From assembly GCF_945957465.1 (NCBI RefSeq), contig NZ_CAMFLC010000016.1, forward strand, positions 5,315-69,314: DNA of 64,000 nucleotides. Direction: 5' to 3'. The DNA is from an uncultured Leifsonia sp. GTDB taxonomy: Bacteria; Actinomycetota; Actinomycetes; Actinomycetales; Microbacteriaceae. Below the pieces are notes generated by a model. That model made no database searches, was not told the origin of the DNA, and saw only the letters and a list, made by a program, of their open reading frames with translations. Below, in pieces: positions 16,996 through 26,821 of the stretch; within the stretch, counting starts at the first letter, position 1, and every line of letters begins with the position of its first letter. The translations under genes and the position numbers were made by a program.

Positions 16996-18069
16996 CTACA
17001 CGTTGAAGCGGAACTCCACCACATCCCCGTCCTGCATCACATACTCCTTCCCTTCCATCCGCGCCTTGCCGCGCGCGCGGGCCTCGGCGACGCTGCCCGC
17101 GTCGACGAGGTCGTCGAAGGAGATGACTTCGGCCTTGATGAAGCCCTTTTCGAAGTCGGTGTGGATGACGCCGGCCGCCTGGGGTGCCTTCCAGCCCTTG
17201 TGGATGGTCCAGGCGCGGGACTCCTTGGGGCCGGCGGTGAGGTAGGTCTGCAGGCCGAGGGTGTCGAAGCCGATGCGGGCGAGCTGGTCGAGACCGCTCT
17301 CGGTCTGGCCGGTGGAGGCCAGCAGTTCAGCGGCGTCGGCCGCGTCGAGGTCGATCAGTTCCGATTCCAGCTTCGCGTCCAGGAAGACCGCCTGGGCGGG
17401 TGCCACCAGCGCCGCGAGTTCCGCGCGGCGGGCGTCGTCGGTGAGCACGTCCTCGTCCACGTTGAACACGTAGATGAACGGCTTCGCGGTCAGCAGCCCG
17501 AGTTCGCGGATCGGCTCCAGATCGATACGGGAGGTCGAGAGCGGCTTGCCGTCGTTCAGGTACGCGATCGCCTCGCGAGCCGTCTCCAGCACCACCGGCT
17601 CCAGCTTGCGGCCCTTGACCTCCTTCTCGTAGCGCTGTTCCGCCTTCTCGAGGGTCTGCAGGTCGGCGAGGATGAGCTCGGTGTTGATGGTCTCCATATC
17701 GCTGGCGGCGTCGACCTTGCCGGCGACGTGCACGACGTCGGGGTCGGAGAACCCGCGGACGACCTGGGCGATCGCGTCGGCCTCCCGGATGTTCGCGAGG
17801 AACTTGTTGCCGAGACCCTCGCCTTCGCTCGCGCCCTTGACGATGCCGGCGATGTCGAGGAAGGACACCGGGGCCGGGAGGATGCGCTCGCTGCCGAAGA
17901 GCTCGGCCAGCTTGTCCAGGCGCGGGTCGGGGAGGTTCACGACGCCGACGTTCGGCTCGATCGTCGCGAACGGATAGTTCGCCGCGAGGGCGTCGTTCTT
18001 GGTCAGCGCGTTGAAGAGGGTCGACTTGCCGACGTTCGGGAGTCCGACGATACCGATAGTGAGAGCCAC
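16996..18069 (-). CDS. ychF: Redox-regulated ribosome-binding ATPase YchF
   Basis: GIVGLPNVGKSTLFNALT, ANYPFATIEPN, DIAGIVKGASEGEGLGNKFL, GDVVEFRFNV. Confidence 0.98.
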   Translation of the reverse strand: MALTIGIVGLPNVGKSTLFNALTKNDALAANYPFATIEPNVGVVNLPDPRLDKLAELFGSERILPAPVSFLDIAGIVKGASEGEGLGNKFLANIREADAIAQVVRGFSDPDVVHVAGKVDAASDMETINTELILADLQTLEKAEQRYEKEVKGRKLEPVVLETAREAIAYLNDGKPLSTSRIDLEPIRELGLLTAKPFIYVFNVDEDVLTDDARRAELAALVAPAQAVFLDAKLESELIDLDAADAAELLASTGQTESGLDQLARIGFDTLGLQTYLTAGPKESRAWTIHKGWKAPQAAGVIHTDFEKGFIKAEVISFDDLVDAGSVAEARARGKARMEGKEYVMQDGDVVEFRFNV

Positions 18070-18164
18070 GGTCGTCCATTCTACGGGCGGCCACGGATGG
18101 GCGGCTTCCGTCTCCCCGCGGCTCGTGGGCGCCGGCGCCGGCCGAGGGGCGAGTGAAGGGCGCC

Positions 18165-18265
18165 CGAGGGGCGCCCAAACGCCCCTAAAGCGCGCGCGAA
18201 GGGGCGTTGAGGCGCCCCTCGGGCGCCCCTCGGGCGCCCCTCGCGCGCCCCTCGGGCGCCCCTCG
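18165..18265. repeat. REP-like 22-bp-stem hairpin followed by 5 tandem 11-mers (GGCGCCCCTCG)
   Basis: Arms 18165-18186/18200-18221; tandem units 18211-18265; relative at 43670-43730. Confidence 0.8.
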
Positions 18266-18280
18266 GCGGCGAAAAGCGGC

Positions 18281-19027
18281 TCAGCCGCCCAGCGTCGTGC
18301 GGTAGCAGCGGGTCACGTACGGGAGCTCGATCGTCTCGGCACCCGCCAGGTCGGGGTGCTCGGCATGGAGGCGGCGCAGCGAGGCGATGACGGCCGCCTG
18401 GGCGTCCGGGTCCTTGGTGATGAAGTAGCTGCGCGAGCGCGCCAGATCGAGGAGGCCGTCGAGCGTGAGCGCTTGCACCCAGCGCACGTCGAAGCGCTCC
18501 AACGGGCCGAACGGAGGTCCGACGACCGGGTCGTCCTCGTCTTCGAACACTGCTTCCGCCGAGTTCATCAGCTCACCGAGTTCGCGCACCCACTCGACGC
18601 TCTCGTCGCGGTCGTTCCAGACCAGGCCGAGCCGGCCGCCCGGCCGCAGCACACGCGCGACCTCGGGCACCGCGACCCGCGGGTCGACCCAGTGCCACGC
18701 CTGGGCGGCGACGACCAGCCCGGCGCTCGCGTCGGGCAGCGGGATGCTCTCGCCGCTCCCCGCGCGGGCATCGGCCTCCGGAACCCGCTCTGCGAGTACG
18801 GCCAGCATCTGCTCGGACGGATCGACGGCCACGACCTCCAGCCCCTGCCCGACGAGCGCACGCGTCAGCTTGCCGGTGCCGGCGCCCAGGTCGACGACCG
18901 GTCCCGCGACGCCCTCGGTGAGCCACGCGACCGCGTCGGCCGGGTAGCCCGGCCGCGACGCCTCGTAGACCTCGGCAGCCCGGTCGAACGACCGCGCGTG
19001 CGCCTCCCGTTCCCGCCTCTCCCGCAT
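18281..19027 (-). CDS. Class I SAM-dependent methyltransferase
   Basis: VDLGAGTGKLT, AQAWHW, LRPGG. Confidence 0.9.
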   Translation of the reverse strand: MRERREREAHARSFDRAAEVYEASRPGYPADAVAWLTEGVAGPVVDLGAGTGKLTRALVGQGLEVVAVDPSEQMLAVLAERVPEADARAGSGESIPLPDASAGLVVAAQAWHWVDPRVAVPEVARVLRPGGRLGLVWNDRDESVEWVRELGELMNSAEAVFEDEDDPVVGPPFGPLERFDVRWVQALTLDGLLDLARSRSYFITKDPDAQAAVIASLRRLHAEHPDLAGAETIELPYVTRCYRTTLGG

Positions 19028-19129
19028 GACCCGACCCTACCCGTCCGGCCGATCGCAGCGCGCCGCCGATTTCGGCCGCGCTCGGCGGTGCGCGCCGGCG
19101 ACGTCGGTGGGGCGTGCAAGCATTCAGGC

Positions 19130-19711
19130 GTGCCACTGGATTTCACCGCCATCGACTTCGAGACCGCGAACTCCTCAGCGGCGTCCGCGTGCTCGGTCGG
19201 ACTGGTGAAGGTGCGCGACGGCCGCGTCGTAGACCGGGCGAGCTGGTTCATCCGGCCGCCGCTGGGACACGATCTGTTCCAGGAGTGGAACGTCCGCATC
19301 CACGGGATCCGGCCGGAGGACGTCGCCGGCGCACCGGGCTGGGTGGACCAGCTCGCCGACCTGGTGGAGTTCGCCGAAGACGACCACCTCGTCGCGCACA
19401 ACGCCGGCTTCGACATGGGCGTGATCCGCGCGGCGTGCGCCGCCACGTTCGTCTCGTGCCCGGAGTACCGCTACCTGTGCAGCCTCCAGGTCGCCCGCCG
19501 CACCTACCACCTGGAGTCCTACCGCCTGCCCGTCGCCGCGATGGCTGCGGGGTTCGACGACTTCCACCACCATGACGCCCTGGCCGACGCCGAGGCGTGC
19601 GCGGCGATCGTGGTGCACGCCGCCCGGCGGCACGAGGCCGCGACGATCGACGACCTCGCGGCGCTGACCGGCGCACGCATAGGGCGCATCGGGTATCCCG
19701 CGGCCGCCTAG
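19130..19711 (+). CDS. DEDDh 3'-5' exonuclease (Pol III epsilon-like)
   Basis: AIDFETAN, AHNAGFD, HHDALADA. Confidence 0.92.
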   Translation: MPLDFTAIDFETANSSAASACSVGLVKVRDGRVVDRASWFIRPPLGHDLFQEWNVRIHGIRPEDVAGAPGWVDQLADLVEFAEDDHLVAHNAGFDMGVIRAACAATFVSCPEYRYLCSLQVARRTYHLESYRLPVAAMAAGFDDFHHHDALADAEACAAIVVHAARRHEAATIDDLAALTGARIGRIGYPAAA

Positions 19712-19895
19712 CAGCTGACTCGGCCCGGCCGAGCCGGATCGAGTGGGCCGAGCGGAACCGTGGGCCGCGCCCACGCGACCCCGTCGACTCGACGCGTCGC
19801 TGATCGGGTATTTACCCCTCAGGAATACAAGCGTTGCAACTTCGCGCATCTGGTCCTAATGTCCAGACATATCGACAAGCCGCGAAGGAGCGCTG

Positions 19896-21377
19896 ATGAC
19901 CGCAACCCCCGACCCGCAGACCACCGACACGCAGGCCACCACCAGGCAGACCACCGACCCGCAGACCGATCCACCCCCGGCCGACCTCGCTCAGGATTCG
20001 CGCGCCGACGACCCCCGCGCACGGCGCTTCCTGCGGCGGATCGCCGTGCTGGCCACATTCGGCGGCCTCCTGTTCGGTTACGACACGGGCGTCATCAGCG
20101 GGGCGCTGCCGTTCATGCAGTTCGATCAACGGCCGCTGACCCCGCTCGAGGAGGGCACCGTCGTCTCCTCGCTGCTCGTCGGCGCCGCGCTCGGCTCGTT
20201 CGCCGGCGGCCGCATCGCCGACCGCCGCGGACGGCGCCGGCTCATCGCCGGCCTCGCGGTGATCTTCTTCGCCGCCGCCCTCGCCTGCGCCTTCGCGCCC
20301 GGGATCGGCATCATGATCGCAGCCCGGTTCACCCTCGGGCTCGCCGTCGGCGGCGCCTCCGTCGTGGTGCCGATGTACCTCGCCGAGCTCTCCCCCGCGG
20401 CACGCCGAGGGCGCATCGTGACGCAGAACGAGCTGATGATCGTCTCCGGTCAGCTGGCGGCCTTCGTCGTCAACGCCGTGCTCGCCGCGGCGATCCCCGA
20501 TCACGCGGCGGTGTGGAGGTGGATGCTGGTCGTCGCCTCGCTGCCGGCCGTCGTGCTGTTCTTCGGGATGCTGGTCGTGCCGGAGAGCCCGCGCTGGCTC
20601 ATCCTGCACGGCCGCTTCGCCGAGGGTGTCGCCGTGCTGCGCCGCATCCGCTCCGCGGAGCAGGCCGAACGCGAGGCCGCGGAGATCCACCGGCACGACG
20701 AACGCGCCGCGCGCACTCCGCTGCTGCGCGAGCTCGCGGTGCCGTGGGTCCGCCGCGTCTTCCTGATCGGCCTCGGGATCGCGATGGTGCAGCAGCTGAC
20801 CGGGGTCAACTCGATCATGTACTACGGCGTCCAGATCCTGCAGCGTTCCGGCTTCGATCAGCAGGGCGCCCTCGTCGGCCAGATCGCCAACGGCGTGATC
20901 TCGGTGCTGGCGACGTTCGTGGGAATCGCACTGCTCGGTCGGGTCGGGCGTCGCCCGCTCCTGATCGCCGGGCTCATCGGCACGACGACGTCGCTGCTGC
21001 TGGTCGGTGGAGCCTCGGCGCTGCTCGCCGGGTCTCCCGCGCTGCCCTTCGTCGTGCTGTCGCTCACGGTGACCTTCCTCGCCTTCCAGCAGGGCGCGGT
21101 CTCCCCGGTCACGTGGCTGATGCTGGCCGAGATCCTCCCGGCGCGGATCCGCGGCGCCGCCTTCGGCCTGGCCGCGCTCGTCCTCTGGCTGACGAACTTC
21201 GCGGTCGGCTTCCTCTTTCCCCAGCTGGTGGACGGCCTGGGCATCTCCCCGACGTTCTTCCTCTTCGCCGCCGTCGGGGTGTGTGCGGTGATCTTCGTCG
21301 CCCGCTTCCTGCCGGAGACGCGCGGACGCAGTCTGGAGGCGCTGGAGGCTGAGCTGAAGGCGCGGTTCACGCGCTGA
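19896..21377 (+). CDS. Sugar porter family MFS transporter (IolT-like)
   Basis: FGGLLFGYDTG, PESPRWL, QQLTGVNSIMYY, LPETRG. Confidence 0.92.
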   Translation: MTATPDPQTTDTQATTRQTTDPQTDPPPADLAQDSRADDPRARRFLRRIAVLATFGGLLFGYDTGVISGALPFMQFDQRPLTPLEEGTVVSSLLVGAALGSFAGGRIADRRGRRRLIAGLAVIFFAAALACAFAPGIGIMIAARFTLGLAVGGASVVVPMYLAELSPAARRGRIVTQNELMIVSGQLAAFVVNAVLAAAIPDHAAVWRWMLVVASLPAVVLFFGMLVVPESPRWLILHGRFAEGVAVLRRIRSAEQAEREAAEIHRHDERAARTPLLRELAVPWVRRVFLIGLGIAMVQQLTGVNSIMYYGVQILQRSGFDQQGALVGQIANGVISVLATFVGIALLGRVGRRPLLIAGLIGTTTSLLLVGGASALLAGSPALPFVVLSLTVTFLAFQQGAVSPVTWLMLAEILPARIRGAAFGLAALVLWLTNFAVGFLFPQLVDGLGISPTFFLFAAVGVCAVIFVARFLPETRGRSLEALEAELKARFTR

Positions 21378-21388
21378 GCCTGCGCATC

Positions 21389-21425
21389 GGCGGGCGGGGC
21401 GGGACGATTTCGCGCCCCGCCCGCC
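21389..21425. terminator. GC-rich hairpin after the sugar porter gene
   Basis: Perfect 13-bp stem ggcgggcggggcg / cgccccgcccgcc; no U-tract. Confidence 0.55.
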
Positions 21426-21468
21426 GCCCTTCGCAGCCGGTGTCGGCGGCCCCTGCCACACTGAGGCC

Positions 21469-22902
21469 ATGGACACGCTCGCACTCCTCCTCGGCCTCCT
21501 CATCGGCCTCGTCGTCGGCGCCGCGGCCGCGGGTCTCGCCGTCACGCGGCTGCTGCGCGCACGGGATGCGGCCGCCGAACCGGCCGAGAGCCCCGTGGTG
21601 GTCGCCGCCCGGCACGAGAAGGAACTGCTCGAGGTGCGCGCGGCGGAGGCCACCGTCCAGTCGCAACTCCGCGCCGAGCTCGCAGCGGCCGACACCCGCG
21701 TCGACGCACTGCAGGAGCAGCTGCGCGGCGTGCAGGAGCAGCTGCGCGAGACGGAGCAGCGACACCGGGCCGAAGCGCTGGCCCAGACCGAACGCGAACG
21801 CGCCGAGAGCAAGGTGCTCCAGGCCCTCGCGCCCGTCCGCGAGAGCCTCACCGACATGCAGCGCAAGGTGGTCGAGCTCGAGACGCAGCGCCACCAGCAG
21901 CACGGCCAGCTCGCCCAGCAGCTCCGCTCGGCGGCCGAGTCCGAGGAGCGGCTGCGCAGCACGGCCGAGTCGCTGGCGTCCGCACTGCGCTCCAACAGCA
22001 CCCGAGGTGTGTGGGGCGAGACGCAGCTCCGCAGCGTGGTGGAGGCCGCAGGGCTGATCGAGCGCGTCGACTTCGACGTGCAGTCGAGCATCCACTCGGA
22101 GTCGGGCGCCGGTCGACCGGACATGATCATCCGGCTCCCCGGGGGCAAGAGCATCGCCCTCGACGCGAAGGTCCCGTTCAACGCCTACCTGGAGGCCAGC
22201 CAGATCCCCGCGACCGCCACCGGAACAGAAGGGGCGCAGCGCGACGCCCTGCTGAAGCAGCACGTCAAGGCGGTCCGCGACCACATCACGACGCTCGGCA
22301 GCAAGGCCTACTGGACGGGCCTGGAGTCCTCCCCCGAGCTGGTGATCGCGTTCATCCCGAGCGAGTCGCTGGTCTCCTCGGCGATGGAGGCCGACCCGTC
22401 GATCATGGAATTCGCCTTCGGCAAGCGGGTCGCATTGGCGTCGCCCGTGACGCTGTGGTCGGTGTTGAAGACGGTCGCCTTCAGCTGGCAGCAAGACGTC
22501 CTGACCAAGGAGGCCAAAGAGCTCTTCGATCTCAGCCGCACCCTCTACGGGCGCCTCAGCACGACGGCCGGCCACATCGAGAAGCTCGGCCGGTCGATCG
22601 AGCGCACGGTGAAGGACTACAACGGCTTCGTCGGCTCGTTCGAGCGTCAGGTCTTCCCGGCGGCACGCAAGCTGGGCACCCTCGACGAGTCCAAGGTGAT
22701 CGGCGTCCTCGAAGGCATCGAAGAGGCGCCGCGCGAACTCACGGCGTTCGAGCTCGTGAACGAGCTGGAGGCGCAGGCCGAGGTGCGCGCCCGCGCGGAG
22801 CTCTCCGCCGACGACGCACGAGACATGCACGGCATCGACAAGCTCGCGCTCGAAGAGAAGCAGCGCGCCGACGCGAGCGACGCGGAGACCGGCGCCGCCT
22901 GA
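21469..22902 (+). CDS. rmuC: DNA recombination protein RmuC
   Basis: N-terminal TM plus coiled coil; RGVWGETQL, RPDMIIRLPGG, DAKVP, IAFIPSES. Confidence 0.93.
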   Translation: MDTLALLLGLLIGLVVGAAAAGLAVTRLLRARDAAAEPAESPVVVAARHEKELLEVRAAEATVQSQLRAELAAADTRVDALQEQLRGVQEQLRETEQRHRAEALAQTERERAESKVLQALAPVRESLTDMQRKVVELETQRHQQHGQLAQQLRSAAESEERLRSTAESLASALRSNSTRGVWGETQLRSVVEAAGLIERVDFDVQSSIHSESGAGRPDMIIRLPGGKSIALDAKVPFNAYLEASQIPATATGTEGAQRDALLKQHVKAVRDHITTLGSKAYWTGLESSPELVIAFIPSESLVSSAMEADPSIMEFAFGKRVALASPVTLWSVLKTVAFSWQQDVLTKEAKELFDLSRTLYGRLSTTAGHIEKLGRSIERTVKDYNGFVGSFERQVFPAARKLGTLDESKVIGVLEGIEEAPRELTAFELVNELEAQAEVRARAELSADDARDMHGIDKLALEEKQRADASDAETGAA

Positions 22903-22926
22903 AGACCGGCTGGCGGATTCGGAGGC

Positions 22927-23928
22927 TCAGAGTTCGTCGGGCGAGAGCCACTTCTCCGCGAGGTGATCGGCGGAGACCCGGCGGATGGTACCCGACTTGG
23001 AGCGCAGCACGATCGACTCGGTGCGGATGATCGGGCCCTTGCGCCGCACACCCTCTACGAGGCCGCCATCGGTGACGCCGGTCGCGACGAAGAACGTGTT
23101 GTCGCCCTTCACCAGGTCCTCCGCGCCGTAGATGCGGTCCATCTCGAGGCCGGCGGCGATGCCGCCCGCGCGCTCGGCATCATCCTTCGGCGCCAGACGG
23201 CCCTGCATGAACCCGCCGATCGCCTTGATCGCGCAGGCGGTGGTGATGCCCTCCGGGCTGCCGCCGATGCCGACGCACATGTCGATGCGCGACTCGTAGC
23301 GCGCCGCGTTGATGCCGCCCGCCACGTCACCGTCGAGCATGAGCCGGGTGCCGGCGCCGGCCGCGCGGATCTCCTCGATGAGTCCCTCGTGCCGCGGGCG
23401 GTCGAGCACGGCCACCCGGATCTCCCCGACCGGCTTGCCCTTGGCCTTCGCCAGCTCCCGGATGTTGTCGCCGATCGGCTGCGACAGGTCCACGACCCCG
23501 CGGCCCTCCGGCCCGGTGACGATCTTGTCCATGTAGAACACGCTGGACGCGTCCAGCATCGTTCCGCGGTCGGACACCGCGATCACCGACAGCGCGTTCT
23601 GGCGGCCCGCGGCCGTCAGCGACGTGCCGTCGATCGGGTCCACGGCGATGTCGCACGCGGGGCCGCGGCCGTTGCCGACGTGCTCGCCGTTGAAGAGCAT
23701 CGGGGCGTTGTCCTTCTCGCCCTCGCCGATCACGATCAGCCCGTCGAAGTTGACCGTGCCGAGGAACTTGCGCATCGCGTCCACCGCAGCGCCGTCGGCG
23801 GCGTTCTTGTCGCCCCGCCCGATCCACGGCGTGGCGCGGATCGCGGCCGCCTCGGTCGCCCTCACCAACTCCATCGCCAGGTTCCGATCGGGATGCAGGA
23901 AGAGGGACGCGGTGTCGGTGCTGGTCAT
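22927..23928 (-). CDS. glpX: Class II fructose-1,6-bisphosphatase
   Basis: VIGEGEKDNAPML, DIAVDPIDGT, DGDVAG, GIGGSPEG. Confidence 0.96.
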   Translation of the reverse strand: MTSTDTASLFLHPDRNLAMELVRATEAAAIRATPWIGRGDKNAADGAAVDAMRKFLGTVNFDGLIVIGEGEKDNAPMLFNGEHVGNGRGPACDIAVDPIDGTSLTAAGRQNALSVIAVSDRGTMLDASSVFYMDKIVTGPEGRGVVDLSQPIGDNIRELAKAKGKPVGEIRVAVLDRPRHEGLIEEIRAAGAGTRLMLDGDVAGGINAARYESRIDMCVGIGGSPEGITTACAIKAIGGFMQGRLAPKDDAERAGGIAAGLEMDRIYGAEDLVKGDNTFFVATGVTDGGLVEGVRRKGPIIRTESIVLRSKSGTIRRVSADHLAEKWLSPDEL

Positions 23929-24137
23929 GATGGGTCCTCCCGGACGAATCGAGTGCGGCACCGGCGAGACGAACGACGGTGTCAGCCGCCGGACGACGGC
24001 GATGCCAGTGTATCCAGGGGATGGTCCCGACGCGCCGGTCGCATGGTGAACGTTCGTCCACACCTCCGGCGGCAGGCGGCACCGGCCGCCTCGGTATGAT
24101 GAGTCCCGTTCGACACCCCGATCCCCAAGGAGCCGCA

Positions 24138-25166
<1,029 letters not shown>

Positions 25167-25184
25167 TCCGTAAGGCAGGGGGGG

Positions 25185-25850
25185 ATGAGCGAGCACGAAC
25201 CGGAGAAGCGGCCGGACGAACGTCCGCGCCCTCAGTACGGCGAGCTCGCCCCTCCCGGCTGGGTGTGGCGTCCGCCGCAGGACGCCGACCGACTCGACAC
25301 GACGCATCACAGCCCTGCGGCGTCGGAGGTCGAGCAGCCTGCCGCGCCGCCGCAGGCCGGGCCGGCACCGGACGGCCGCGGTCCGTACGGGGCCGGTCCG
25401 CAGCTGCGCTCCGACGCGCCGCGGTGGAACCTCGCCTTCACCGTCGTCATGCTGGTGATCGGCTTCTTCGGCATGTCCTATTCGATCGGCACCCTCCAGG
25501 CGCTGCCCGCGGCGATGGCGCTGCTGCACTCGTCGCAGAATCTCGGCGCCTACGTGCAGGACCCGTCCGTCGGCCCCCTGATCACGGCCGGGACGATCGC
25601 GATGGCAGGAATCTGGGCGATCTCGGCCGGCCTGTCGGTCTGGCTGCTGGTGCACAAGCGCCTGGCCTTCTACATTCCGCTGGTCGCCGGAGTCGTTGCG
25701 CTCGTCACGCTCTTCGTGATCCTCGGCGTGATCTTCTCGACCGACCCGGTGCTGCTCGATTTCTACAGCGGGATCTCGCCGACGCCGGCGCCGGGCTCGC
25801 CGCTTCCGACGACCCCGGCGCCGACGCCGACACCCGGCGTGTCCGCGTAG
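25185..25850 (+). CDS. Membrane protein (DUF6264-like)
   Basis: PRPQYGELAPP N-terminus, Pro-rich region, 3-4 TM segments. Confidence 0.75.
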   Translation: MSEHEPEKRPDERPRPQYGELAPPGWVWRPPQDADRLDTTHHSPAASEVEQPAAPPQAGPAPDGRGPYGAGPQLRSDAPRWNLAFTVVMLVIGFFGMSYSIGTLQALPAAMALLHSSQNLGAYVQDPSVGPLITAGTIAMAGIWAISAGLSVWLLVHKRLAFYIPLVAGVVALVTLFVILGVIFSTDPVLLDFYSGISPTPAPGSPLPTTPAPTPTPGVSA

Positions 25851-25854
25851 TCGG

Positions 25855-26727
25855 TCACGCGGCGGCGTCGGCCTCCCTGGCCTCGGCCAGCCCGGCGGCC
25901 AGCGGAGTGGTCGGGCGGCCGATCAGCTCGCTCAGCGTCCCGGTCACCTCGGCCAGTGCCCCGTCACGGATGTTCCCGTCGAGCGCGACCACGAACCCGG
26001 CCGTGCCCTCGTCGAGTCCGGCCTCGCGCAGCGCCGCCGCGTGCGCCTCCGGAGTGACCGACCGGTAGGAGACCGGCCGTCCGAGCAGGTCGCCGATCGT
26101 CGCGGCGAGATCGTCGAAGGTCCACGCGACGTCGCCGCCGAGCTCGTACACCGCCCCCTCGTGGCCGTCCGTGGTGAGCACGACGGCAGCGGCCTCGGCG
26201 AAGTCCTTGCGGGAGGCGCTGGCGACCCGGCCGCCCGCCGCGCTGCCGACCAGCTCGCCCGTGGCGGCGGCGATGTCGACCTGACCGGTGTAGTTCTCGG
26301 TGTACCAGTTGTTGCGCAGGACTGTGACGGGGAGACCGGATTCGGTCAGCAGCCGCTCGGTTTCGGCGTGCTCCGGCGCCAGGATCAGGTCGGTGTCGGC
26401 CGCGTGCGGGGCGCTCGTGTAGACGATGCGCCCGACGCCCGCCCGCACGGCCGCCTCGATGGCGTTGCGATGCTGCGGGATGCGCTTGCCGACCTCCGAT
26501 CCCGATACGAGGAGCAGCGCGTCCCCGCCGGCGAACGCGTCGTCGAGGGTCTCCGGCTGCTCGAAGTCGATGACGGCGGTCTGCACGCCGAGCGCGGCGA
26601 GCGGGGCCAGGCGCTCGGCGCTCCGGCCGAGGCCGCGGATGTCGGCGGCGGGCACGCCGCGCTCGAGCAGGGAGTCGACGGTGAGCCGGCCCAGCTGTCC
26701 GGTTGCTCCGGTGACGACGATGGTCAT
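25855..26727 (-). CDS. NmrA-like NAD(P)H-binding oxidoreductase (Qor2/YtfG type)
   Basis: VTGATGQLG Rossmann motif, LRNNWYTEN, YELGG. Confidence 0.9.
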   Translation of the reverse strand: MTIVVTGATGQLGRLTVDSLLERGVPAADIRGLGRSAERLAPLAALGVQTAVIDFEQPETLDDAFAGGDALLLVSGSEVGKRIPQHRNAIEAAVRAGVGRIVYTSAPHAADTDLILAPEHAETERLLTESGLPVTVLRNNWYTENYTGQVDIAAATGELVGSAAGGRVASASRKDFAEAAAVVLTTDGHEGAVYELGGDVAWTFDDLAATIGDLLGRPVSYRSVTPEAHAAALREAGLDEGTAGFVVALDGNIRDGALAEVTGTLSELIGRPTTPLAAGLAEAREADAAA

Positions 26728-26821
26728 GGGTGGTTCCTTTCGTTGGTGTCGTCCTCCGCAACCCGCGGGAGCCGGGGATACTTCCCTGTCGGAGGTACCC
26801 ACTTTTCGGTAAGTTACTGAC

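Noticed and set aside
18211-18265. CRISPR-like array
   Set aside because: 11-bp head-to-tail units with no spacers and no cas genes; a minisatellite.
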